The notes under the pieces: generated by a model | What the model was told of the DNA's origin: nothing | Databases searched by the model: none | What the model saw: only the letters and a program-made list of their open reading frames with translations | From: Chiloscyllium plagiosum | Taxonomy: Eukaryota | Length of the DNA stretch: 64,000 nucleotides | Assembly: GCF_004010195.1 (NCBI RefSeq) | Contig: NC_057720.1 | Coordinates: 11,968,543-12,032,542, forward strand | Reading direction: 5' to 3' | Made by a program: the position numbers and the translations under genes | In this document: in pieces, positions 52,291-63,569 of the stretch | Position numbering within the stretch: position 1 is the first letter of the stretch | How the letters are laid out: each line of letters opens with the position of its first letter

Positions 52291-55200
52291 GTGTGTGTGT
52301 ACGTGCGTGTGTAGTGGGGTCATCTGTAGTGTGACACAAATCCAAGATTCCAATTGAGGCCATCCTCATGAGTACCAAACCTGGCTATCAGCTTCTGCTC
52401 AGTGACTCTGCCTTGGTGTTTGAGCTGAGAGGTCAATTTTTCTTTTGTAAAACCTTAAATTATCTCAGGATTGTGACTTGAAAGAAGTTCTGGGATTTAC
52501 ATATTAATGAATCAAAACCTGCAACCCATTCTAAGTGATTAAAGACTTTTATTGCATCAGTTGTATGACACTTTGGTCTTTTACTACAAACTCTGTGTCC
52601 TATGATGCTGCCCCAGTAGCTATCTGATGAAGGAGCAGCGCTCCAAAAGCTTGTACTTCCAAGTAAACTTTTTGGACCATAACCTGGTGTTGTGATTTTT
52701 AACTAGCTTTAAAAGAGTTATTGGAACAGATAGAATTGATCAAAAGTTAAAGTTCTAAATTAGCGTAAGGCCAATTATGACAGTATTAGACAGGAACTTT
52801 CTAAAAAGAACGGGGGAGGCTATCCACAGGTAAAGGGATGTGGGAAGCCTTTAAGAATGAGGTAACGAGAGCTCACTAACAGTTATGCTCCTGTTAGTGT
52901 AAGCAGCAAGGCCGATTAGATGTAGGGAATGCTGGATGACATTCCCTACACCTATCACTTACAGCATAAGGACTTTAGGAGTATACTTAAGAGGGAAGCC
53001 AGGAGGGCAAAAAGGGGACATGCGATAGCATTGGCAAATAGAGTTGAGAATTCAACATGATTTTGTAAGTACATTAAAGTACATTAGGAGACAATAGGGC
53101 ACTTAACAATCAGTGGGGTGGTCTATGTGAAGCCGGAGATGAGTGAGCTAATAAACGAATATTTCACGTTAGTATTTACTGTAGAGAAGAACATGGAAGC
53201 TAAGGAAATAAATAGTCTTGTCTTGAAAAGAGTTCCTATTACAGAAGAGGAGGTGCTGAATGCTTTCAAACACAAAGGAGAGAACCTCCCAGGACCCGAT
53301 TAGGTCTTTCCCAGAGCTTTGTGGGAAGGTAGGGAAGAGACTGCTGGGCCACTTGCTGAGGTATTTATATCGACAGGCATGGGTGATGTGCTGGGAGACT
53401 GGAGGTTGGCTGACGTGGTACCATTTTTAAAGAAAATTCCCTGTCGTTTCCTTCAGCCTATAAACTGGTCAACCTTACAATCACTGATGGGCAAGTTGTT
53501 GGAGGGGATTCTAAGGGACAGGTTTTACATGCACTTGGAAAGACAAGGACTGATTAGGGAGAGTCAACATGTGTGAGGGAAGTCATGTCTCATCAATTTG
53601 ACTGAATATTTTGAAAATGTGACAAAGATGATTGACAAAGGCAGAGCGGTAGACTTTGTCTATATGGACTGAATTAAAGCATTCAACAAAGGTAGACTAG
53701 TTAGTATGGTGAGATTGCACGGTAGACTAGTTAGTATGGTGAGATTGCATGGGATCCATTAGACACAAAATTGGCTTCAAGGCAGGAGACTGAAGTGATG
53801 GTAGAGGGTTGCTTTTGGAGGTCTGTGACCAGGGGTATGCCACAAGGATCAGAGCTAAGTCCACTGCTTTTCATCATTTATATAAATGATTTAAGATGTG
53901 AATATAGTAGGTGTGGTTAGTAAGTTTGTAGATGACACCAAAATATTTAATGCAGTGGACACTGAAGATGATTACCGAAGAGTTCAAAGGGACCTTGATC
54001 AGTTTAAAAGAACAATCCCTTCAAAGGTTTAATCATGCATATCACTTAAAATTATGCAGCATGCACAGGGAGTTAGAGTTCTGTGAGGCCTAGCAACTTA
54101 TATGGCTAATTACTTCAGAATTTTATTATTCATTACTAATGCTGAATTTAATAACACTGCAACATTACATCAGTTCTACAACTTGGCCAACACCCAGCAA
54201 ATTAAATTGGAGGTTGGTAAGCATTTTAAAAATAGAAATAAATATCATTAAACCAAATTGAGGACTACCATCCATGCAATGAGGAAATGACTTGAAGTCA
54301 ACAGATAAAATGCATAATAACTTGGAAGCACAGAATTCCAACTGGGCTAAATAGCCTCCATCTGTACATCGAGTCTGCACCAATCCTCTGAAGAGCATCC
54401 CACCCCCTCCAGCCTCTCACCACAGCTTCACATTTTCCACTGCTACCCCGGGATACCAAGGGGCAATTTTTCATGGATGTTGCCATGTACTGAGGTTTTG
54501 AAAAAAATAGGCCGATAGGCTGGGACCTTTTTTCACTGGAGCATGGGAGGTTGAGGGTTGACCTTACAGATGTTTACAAAAACATGAAGTACATAGACAA
54601 GGTGAATATCATGGGTCTTTTCCCTAGGGTGGGGGAGTTCAAACCTAGGGGGCATATTTTTTAGGTGAGTGGAGAAAGTTTTAAGAAGTACGAGGGGCAA
54701 CATGTACTCCTACTCGCTCTTTTTTGTTATGTTTGTACACAAGTGGGAAGACTTAACAGTTTTAAAATGTTAATATTGTAATGCAATATTAATGATGCTG
54801 AAATGGATTAAAGATGACAGAAGGCAGCACAATCAACTGTTGAAAAACTGATTGAACAACATACCACAAGTGGCTATTATGCTGAATACCTAGAATTTGA
54901 ATTGCTTTCATGTGTCAGGTACACTTTGCTTTTACCATGTATATATCCAAAATTATTCAAGTTTAAAAATTAGACAAGTATATGAACACTCTAATTATCA
55001 AACTGTTTACTGTATGCACATAAATATAGTTTCTACACTCAGTTGTTTCTCTTGACATTCGAAGTTGGCCTAGTCCCGAGTTTCACTGCAAACTCCCAAT
55101 GCTGAATAACAATATTTTCTCAGAGTCTCATATCATGGCAGTTCATTCTTAACTGCTCTCTTCTCATTTGTGTCAAGCCTGCTAACAGTGAGACAGTGGC

Positions 55201-55995
55201 ACACAACCACCTTCTCCAGATATGGAATTTAGTATCAAGACTTTGACAGCTGAAGGCACTGGATGTTACTTGCTGACAAGGTTAAGTTTTGAAATTCCCT
55301 CAAGCTCCCTGCCTCTTTCCTTCTCTTCTCTCCTCTAAGATGACCTTTAGAACATTCCCCCTTTGACTCGATGTTTGGCTAATTACCCCACTAGCAACTT
55401 ATGTAGTTCAGCATTGAATTTTGCTCCTGTACAGTGCCTTGAGATGTAAATGGAAACTGTAATTATGTGGAATAAATACATTTTACAAGAGATGACCCTG
55501 GTGTACTCCCAGTGTGCCCTGCTGTATTTCAGACCCTCTATTTTTGCCACTTTTCCTTATCATTTTACTTCTGCATTTCCTTTGGGGATGTCAGCCTTCA
55601 AGTTGCTGTTCTTTGTTCTGATTTGTTTCCTCTTCCTGATCATTGTTTATATCTTCATTTCGAATGAAGATTTACACTACCAATATTTTTATTCTCAGCT
55701 CCGAACTGACAAACTGTGGTTACTAGATCATTCTGTTTTATTTTCAAATTTGTTTAGATTTTTCCTCTTAGCACTGTCCTGATGCTACTCGACATACTTC
55801 TGGCCAACATACCCCCAGTGGTGTGGGAAACGCATGAGTAACCCAAGTGAAAATTGTGGAACTCCCTACCGAATAGCACCATGGTTGCACCTTAGTGAGC
55901 AAGTACAAGAAGACAGCCCATTACCAACACTTCAACGGCAACTAGGGATGGTCAATAGTTTGACTATTCTAGTAATGTTCATATCCCCAGAATCA

Positions 55996-56363
55996 ATTCT
56001 AAAAGCTTCAGATATTCAACGCAAGGTGGTTTGATAGTTATTCGTGAGCAAAGTTCAGAATGACAAACATTGCTGAATGGAAGCACAAAAATCTGTTTAA
56101 CAGAAATCAAATAATTCAAGCCAGATCATTGACCTTAGAAACATGCATTGTACTTACTTTTTACATTTTTCACAGCTGTACATGTTATCACCTGCAATAT
56201 TATAAAATTGTTTTATAAAGTATATAAAACAAAGCAGATTTTAAAAGCTTTAGATACTCAATGAAAGATGGTTTGATATTTATTCATGAGCAAAGCTCAG
56301 AATGACAAACATTGATGAATAGATGCACAAAAAAACTGTTTAATAGAGATCAAATGCTTCAAG
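55996..56363. repeat. Two ~125-bp direct repeats (55996-56120 and 56238-56363) bracketing the USP33 micro-exon
   Basis: Manual alignment gives about 85% identity. Confidence 0.9.
56158..56191 (-). CDS. USP33: USP33 34-nt micro-exon: (G)DNMYSCEKCK(K)
   Basis: ttgcag acceptor, gtaagt donor; encodes the second CxxC of the zinc ribbon; phases fit both neighbours. Confidence 0.95.
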
Positions 56364-56770
56364 TTGGATAGTTGGAATTTAGAAGAATGAGGGGATATCA
56401 AATTGAGGTATTCATGACGATAAAAGGTGTGGATAAAATAGACGTGGAGCGGATGTTTCCTCTTGTGGGGCATTCTAGGACAAGAGGTCGTAGTCTGAGG
56501 ATAAGGGATAGCACATTTAAAACAGAATGGAGGGAAACTACTCCGCCCAAAGGGCTGTGAATCTGTGGAATTCACTACCCCAAAGTGTGGTGGATGCTGC
56601 GATAGTGAGTAAATTCAAGGAGGAGTTAGACAAATGTTTAATTGATAATGGGTTGAAGGGATACAGAGAGAAGGCAGGAAAATGGGGGTGAGGGGCATAT
56701 CAGCCATGATTGAATGACAGTGCAGACACGATGGGCTGAATGGCCTAATTCTGCTCCTATATCTGATGAA
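56364..56770 (+). mobile_element. CR1 LINE 3' fragment
   Basis: EFRRMRGYQIEVF..IKGVDKIDVERMFPLVGHSRTRGRSLRIR plus tail. Confidence 0.85.
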
Positions 56771-57384
56771 CTTATAAAACTTCCATCTGTTTGCCATTTG
56801 TGAACAACCACATCCTCGTTTTGCAAACGGTCAAATTTTACCATCCAACTGCTGGATTTAAAACAGTGATTGACACTAGATTTTGTGGAAAATTCAGAAT
56901 ACAGCAGGCTATTATTCAACTACAGTATATCAATCTATAACATTTCCTCCCGTGGACACATTTGTTGTAATCTATTGGAATGGTAAAAACCAAAAGAACG
57001 GAGGAAGGGTCGCTTGATCCAAATCATTAACTCTGATCTCTCTCTGCAGATGTTGCCATACCTGCTGGGCTTTTCCAGCAATTTCTGTTTTTGTTTCTGT
57101 TTGAATGGTGTCTGAAACTACATCAAATTCTGCCTTCGCTACAAGGATGTAAGTTGAGAGCTTGAATTCAGCTTGATATGATGCACTGCACAGATGCTGG
57201 TACTGACACAAATGGTCTCCAGCTGTACTGTAAAATTAAATGATTCCATTAGATTATATAATTCAGATTACCATGAAACTACTGGATTGTTTGAAAAATC
57301 TATTCAATTGGTTAATACCTTTTAGGGAAGGAAATCTACCACTCTCACTTGTTCTGACTTATATGTGAATCTGGACCAACAGCA

Positions 57385-57725
57385 ATAAGATGAGGGCATA
57401 GATAGGGTAAATAGACAAAGTCTTTTCCCTGGGGTAAGGGAGTCCAGAACTAGAGGGATTAAGTTTAGGATTAGAGGGGAAAGATATATAAGGGACCTAA
57501 GGGACAACATTTTCACACAGATGATGGACCATGTATGGATGAGCTGCCAGAGGAAGTGGTGGAGACTGGTACAATTACAATATTTAAAAGGCATCTGGAG
57601 GAGTTTAGAGGGATATGGGCTGAGTGCTGGCAAATGGGACTAGATTAAGTTAGCATATCTGGTCTGCATGGACATGTTGGACCGAAGGGTCTGTTTCCGT
57701 GCTGTACATTTCTATGATTCTATGA
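57385..57725 (+). mobile_element. CR1 (HER1-like) LINE 3' end
   Basis: Same sequence family as 4760-5105; ends in (ttctatga)n. Confidence 0.85.
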
Positions 57726-58268
57726 CTGATTAGCAAATGCCCTCTGAAATGGCTCAACAAGCCATTTGGTCATATTCAAAATGACAGCTCACTAATGTCT
57801 CTACAAGGAGGATTGAAGATGTACAATAAAGATGCTGACCTCACTAGCAAAGCTCACATCCAGTGAATGAAAGTGTCTCTGGACAACAAGTAGGAAATAA
57901 AAAAGATAGACTTTTTTAATCTCCCTCCTTCAGCCCAGTGATACACAAGCCATTTGTATCTTTCAGGGTTCCTCTTCAATCCTTCAACACTCGAGCTTGA
58001 AGTGTACAAATTCTACCCTAGACTGTGCCTTAATACTCGACTTTGGCCAATGTAGACACATTATGCTAGCAAATTACAACATATGCTTTCAAATAGTCTT
58101 TGACATAGAACACATCTGTCAACATAATTGATTCAGAAAGACAGCTCAAGAGTGAGCAATGTTATTGAAATTCACTTTTATGGCAGCGTACAGATGTCAT
58201 TATATCCACCACATCATTCTTCCAACAACTATAAAAATATTTTAAGTGTATACAAAATCCTTACTCAC

Positions 58269-58339
58269 CTTTGAGCTCGTCTCTGGCGAAGAAGGCAGCC
58301 AGACAATCCTGCAAGGATACCACAGGACCCCAGAACCAA
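58269..58339 (-). CDS. USP33: USP33 coding exon: (S)[23 protein letters not shown](G)
   Basis: ttcttag acceptor, gtgagt donor; 71 nt. FFARDELKG is USP33-type. Confidence 0.96.
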
Positions 58340-58478
58340 CTAAGAACACAAAAAATAATAAACACAAAGGTATTAAATTCAAAAAGCTTGCAACTGCTTC
58401 ACTCCCATAGACAGAGCAGTTTTAAAATAATTTTAGTTACATTTTTATTCCCTTCCTCTTCCAAAGTACAACACACAC

Positions 58479-58651
58479 CTTTTAATGTATTCCATGACAT
58501 ATGCTATCCAACCTTGTGGCGTATATGCTTCACCACATGACCCTGCCTTCACTAAGGACATCTGGTGACTTGACGAATGCAACTTGGCCAGGTCTTCTTT
58601 CCCTGGGATAGGCAGAGAGAGATCCTGAAAGGTCTCCAAGGTGGTGGATAC
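58479..58651 (-). CDS. USP33: USP33 coding exon: [57 protein letters not shown]
   Basis: cag acceptor, gtgtgt donor; 173 nt, in phase with neighbours. [17 protein letters not shown] is USP33-type rather than USP20-type. Confidence 0.96.
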
Positions 58652-60342
58652 CTGCAGGCAAAAAGCAGAGATTGAAAAGATGAGAAATTTAAAAAAAAAA
58701 GCAAAACCAATTAGGATTTTTAGTCTCCAAGAGAAATGCAAGGGTCACATTCCAATTATAGACCATACGTCAGTACTGACAACTCAAGGGAAGCAATCAA
58801 CACGAAAAAAGAGTGGCAGAGGAGTGGGCATGGTGGTGAAGAATAGTGACAGGCTATCAGAGAAATATGCTCAATACTAGTGCAAACAGGAAATGCTACT
58901 TGATAGCATTCGTGGTTCTACTAAGCCTTATAATTTAATTAGATTCTAATCACACCCCCACATATTGCATACACCATTTTGCAACCCTAATATCTGCACA
59001 CATATACCTGGATTTTTTTAACAATACAAAAAGGTGCATCATAAACTAGGCATGATCTAACTGACAAAAATAATTCACTGATTTTTGTGATAAATGAAAG
59101 AATGACTCTGCTTAGCAATCAAATGCAAGTGGTGTCAGCAGTGATTAGCAATGCCAAGGGTGAATGACTTCTACCAGTTTAGAAACAAGCGATTTCACGA
59201 GCTGTGATTACATTGTATTTGCAAAACTTCAGCAGCAGATCGCTGTACATGGTAACTGTATACAACATGAATCAAGTCTCTTGCTCCCAATTTATAATAT
59301 AGGCAGTCCACAGCTGTCCCTGGATCACCATTCAGATCTCAAGCCCAATTTCATGGCCATTGCCATACCAATACAATATCTCAAGTTCCACTTCAACCAC
59401 CTGCCTATATTATGGGTGACCGCCATTGTTTAAATGTAAAGAATGGTTTAAACTAAGGGGCCTCCTGCGTCATGTTAGTTTCTCTACCTCTAGATGACGA
59501 GGCCTGGGTTTAAGTCCCATCTGTTTCACATGGGTGTCATAACAACTCTGAACAGATTGATTTAAAGAAAAAAGGTTTAGCCCAGCAGAATCCAGATTAT
59601 TTACCAATACAAGAATGGCTCAATTGATAGAAAATATCTAAATCTGTCTGTCAGCTAAGTATTTAGATTTTAACTCCTCCTTGTCTGGTCAGGGTCAAGA
59701 ATTGATTTGATAAAATAAATTCAGTTTATTTTGTTGAAATGCCATTTTATATTGCGAGTCAGTGGGTTTTCTACTCTAACATCAATAGGATCGTGGTTTA
59801 GGCTGGTGTTCACTTTTTAGTACTCAGAAATTACTGATTCCTAATTATTCTTTAATGGAGTGGACCCAATCAGATGGCAAGCCGGAGGGCAGAGTGTCTC
59901 TGTGGTTAAGTGCAGAATTACTCTGGGAATGACCAATTTTGATTAGATAGTTCTGTTTTGAGATAGGTGGGCAGCAATTCTGACAATTAGAAGCGAGTTT
60001 ACAAAGCTGAATAAAAATAAAATACATTGTGTTCCTATTGATATAACCTAGGGTCACCATGAACAAAACTGAAGAAGCAATGCCAAACCAATGAAAATCA
60101 CTGGTTGGATTAAGTAAAAGTTCCATACTGCAAGATCCCTGCATTAAGGTTGGGTACTCTAACAGCATAGGCCATTCAGCACCTCATTCCTGGTTCACAG
60201 CTCATCAATATATCAACTCCACTTACACACCTTAGATTTCCGTGGGGCAAAGTTTCTCAGGGATATTGATCAACCAATCCATCTCAAGTGACTGTAGCAG
60301 GGCGTGTTTGGAACAGGAAGAAAATTCCAGATCTGCATTACT

Positions 60343-60721
60343 TAGCGTGTTTTGAGAAGGTTTGTAACTCAGGTTGAGGTTCTGGATGTAGGTTTGCTCG
60401 CTGAGCTGGAAGGTTCATTTCCAGAGGTTTTGTCACCCTACTAGATAACATCTTCAGTGGGCCTCAGGCGAAGCACTGCTGATAAATCATGCTTTCTATT
60501 TATATGTTTGGGTTCCTTTGCTTTGATGTTGTCAATTCTTGTGGTGATGTCACTTCACCACATGAAATGACATCACCAACCCAAAGAAACTCAAACATAT
60601 AAATAGAAAGCAGGACTTATCAGCAGTGCTTTGCCTGAGACCCACTGAAGATGTTACCTAGTAGGGTGACAAAACATCTGGAAATGGACCTTCCAGTTCA
60701 GCGAGCAAAAATCCATTCAGA
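60343..60721. mobile_element. PLE family-2 fold-back insertion with two decayed hammerheads
   Basis: Imperfect inverted arms of about 150 bp; TSD atctgcattact at 60331-60342 and 60722-60733. Confidence 0.85.
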
Positions 60722-61462
60722 ATCTGCATTACTCTTTGCAAAAATGTCTTCTTGGTTCATTCAAACAGATGAACTAGAGTTTGAAGATCGTATTCTGATT
60801 CCATTTTTGCAGGAATTACACTTTCTGTATCTACTCCATCAAAACCTTTAGTCTTTTTAAAGCAGCACAACAGGACTATCTTTCAACCATTTAAACTCAA
60901 TGATATACAAGTCAGGTTTATATAATGTTATTCAAATTGGCCTTTTAAAGCGTTGGTAACATTCAGTTGCACTGAAGCACCTCCAAGGTCAACTGTCTGA
61001 GAGGCAGTGTGCAAATGTAGAATGTGATACTCAAGATGGTATGTGAGTATAGTTTGCTACAACTGAAAGGAAAGATGGTAAGGCCATGAGAGGTATACAG
61101 AAGTGAATCATTACAAAGCCACATAAAAAGGTATGGTTAGGAGACACTGGATGAACTCAGATCTTTGCATTAAAACAGAAAAAGGCCAAATGAGATGAAA
61201 GCACTTTTTAGAAGTCAAAAGACATATGATGCAATAAGTTGAAAAGGACGTTATATCCACTGATCAGTATAAGATTTTCAGCAAATCAAGTTATTTTGCA
61301 TTAAGACACAAGATGACCCACCAGACCTAGTGGTGAAAACACAGTTCATTATAGAACTTAAAGTAGATAACATTTAAAGAAAAAACTGAGAGTACATGAA
61401 GGAAAATCAGATTGGAAGGTGGTAAGTACTATACATTAGCTCTATGGACTTCATAAAATAGT

Positions 61463-61660
61463 AGCAGGTCAGGCAGCATCCAGGGAACAGGAGAATCGAC
61501 GTTTCGGGCATAAGCCCTTCTTCAGGAATCCATTCCTGAAGAAGGGCTTATGCCCGAAACGTCGATTCTCCTGTTCCCTGGATGCTGCCTGACCTGCTGC
61601 GCTTTTCCAGCAACACATTTCCAGCTCTGATCTCCAGCATCTGCAGACCTCACTTTCTCC
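61463..61660. mobile_element. PLE family-1 fold-back mini-insertion with a perfect 67-bp inverted repeat
   Basis: Arms at 61463-61529 and 61532-61598 with a cc spacer; TSD cttcataaaatagta at 61449-61463 and 61660-61674. Confidence 0.92.
61532..61567 (+). ncRNA. Minimal hammerhead ribozyme (identical mirror copy on - at 61494-61529)
   Basis: attc-CTGAAGA-a-gggc-ttat-gccc-GAAAC-GTC-gatt; intact core, GUC site, short stem I. Confidence 0.78.
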
Positions 61661-61972
61661 TTCATAAAATAGTATTTTAAATATAGAAAGATAAACCTTC
61701 AACTGTAGCAAACAATGGACACACATACAACATGTCCATTTTACAGTCATTGACATGCAGGAGCATAACACTGCTCTCTTTTTAAAGGCAGACTGATGTG
61801 GGATAGGTTAAAAGCTGGCAACCTTATACTTATAACTGTCAGTACAAAAGCAATAAAAGAAAAAGGATGAAAAGCACATGAGCCATTTGTGGTTTGAGGT
61901 CTCTACAAGCTTTAAATATTGTTAAGTATAGGCCATATATCATATTGGAATTGCCATGAGTTGCACACTTAC

Positions 61973-62085
61973 CCGATCACAGGTCAAACATTGCACCGAG
62001 CTTACAATCGTGCCATCAAAGACATCAGAAACAACACTTCTGTACTTCACCTGCTTTCTCTTTTTAAAAGGTGTGAAAGAGGCAA
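61973..62085 (-). CDS. USP33: USP33 coding exon (most 5' exon visible): [37 protein letters not shown]
   Basis: Acceptor ttttcctatttctag, donor gtaagt; 113 nt. Translation matches the USP33/USP20 [21 protein letters not shown] segment, including the first CxxC of the finger zinc ribbon. Confidence 0.93.
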
Positions 62086-63339
62086 CTAGAAATAGGAAAA
62101 AAAAAGGAATTCCATATTAAAACAATTTTATAAATTGTGCATTTTAATAAAAGCATCACGATCTTTACTCCAATTGCTTTGGTTGGATAACAGAAGAAAA
62201 CAGTGGCAGAGAGGTTTCTCAGTTCACTGGAACTGCTTGGGATTAAATCAAGCAGACAGGTAGGAAGCAAGTCAGTCATGTGAAGAGAGATTGACCAGTC
62301 ACACTCCAGATCCACAGAATGAGCTCCCAGTGAAAAAAAACTGCCCTAATTTAGTAATTTTGCCCAGGATGCCAATGGGAATTAAAAATTGCAGCAAGTG
62401 ATGGTGGTGGGGTGCACTTCTGTTAACTACAAGCTAAAGCTGAGCAGAGTACAGTCCTCTCATCTGCAGCAAAAGCATGGAGCACTTGAGTGCTCAAGCA
62501 GGAAAGTGGTCCATTTGTAATGAGCATAAGGTTTCATAAACAAAACACCAATAGTTACATTCTCCCCCAAAAGTAAACAGAACTTGTTTGTTGGTCACTA
62601 TCTAAACATTCCTGGCAACAGCATTTACTTGTGGAATTTCATTCTCTTCCCCTTTCATCAAAATTGTTTGACACCACAGAATAATAATCAATGCTGCAGT
62701 TTTTATCTCTTTCATATTACTTATTCTGAAATGTAGGTATTAAATCCAAACACATTCTGATTTTAGTATCAAAACGACAGATTACCTCTCTTCCTCTCCT
62801 AAAGATAAAAATGTCAAACTTAACAGTTCAAAAATGCTGACATTTCTCTTGTACATCCTCAAAATAGCCATTCTTCATTCATGAAAGAAGTGTCAACATC
62901 CAAACTGGCCATTTACTACACCAATCTACATCACTTGACCAATGATCAAAAGTTAAAGTGTCAACTGTGCTATCCAGAACCACTTCACCAATGATCAACT
63001 TATCAATGCTAACTTTGCATTTTGCAATAGCTAATCAGCTCCTGGCCTTATTTCAGCTTTGGTCCAAACATGGTCAAAGCATGTACTTTGCAGAGGTCTG
63101 ACTACTACCCTTGACTTGAAGGAAGCATTTAACAAAGTTGGCATCAAGGAGCACAAGCAAAACTGGTAACAACAAGAATCGATGAAAAACTGATTGAAGT
63201 CATTCCCATCACAAAGGAAAATGGTCACGTTTGTTGGAACCCAACCAGTCCCATCCCAAGACCATCACGGCAGGAGATTCTCATGGGAATCAGGAATGGA
63301 TAATAAATCTTGGTCTAGCCAAAGATGCCCACATCGAGG

Positions 63340-63569
63340 NNNNNNNNNNNNNNNNNNNNNNNNNNNNNNNNNNNNNNNNNNNNNNNNNNNNNNNNNNNNN
63401 NNNNNNNNNNNNNNNNNNNNNNNNNNNNNNNNNNNNNNNNNNNNNNNNNNNNNNNNNNNNNNNNNNNNNNNNNNNNNNNNNNNNNNNNNNNNNNNNNNNN
63501 NNNNNNNNNNNNNNNNNNNNNNNNNNNNNNNNNNNNNNNNNNNNNNNNNNNNNNNNNNNNNNNNNNNNN
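63340..63569. other. Assembly gap (230 N)
   Basis: Run of N directly adjacent to the tandem array. Confidence 0.99.

Larger units (their letters stand above)
51090..52703 (-). mobile_element. PLE family-3 insertion with inverted terminal segments
   Basis: About 155-bp inverted repeat (51130-51285 versus 52552-52703). Hammerheads at 51180-51215 (-, tac-CTGACGA..GAAAG-CTT-gta) and 52621-52655 (+, GAAA mutated to AAAA). Confidence 0.8.
50910..54005 (+). mobile_element. CR1 LINE ORF2 remnant interrupted by a nested PLE stack (about 51090-52703)
   Basis: Endonuclease C-terminus before the insert. After it: LINEYFTLVFT, DWRLADVVPFLKK, GKLLEGILRDR.Y.HLE, QGSELSPLLF, FVDDTK. Confidence 0.85.

Noticed and set aside
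53691..53750. 30-bp tandem duplication
   Set aside because: Local duplication inside a dead CR1 copy; no sign of function.
61463..61598. Classical DNA-transposon MITE or conserved pre-miRNA
   Set aside because: The arms are identical in type to the PLE termini seen elsewhere in the window, the structure is asymmetric, and the long TSD indicates retro-insertion.
18591..62085. USP20 as the gene identity
   Set aside because: Diagnostic segments ([56 protein letters not shown]) match USP33.
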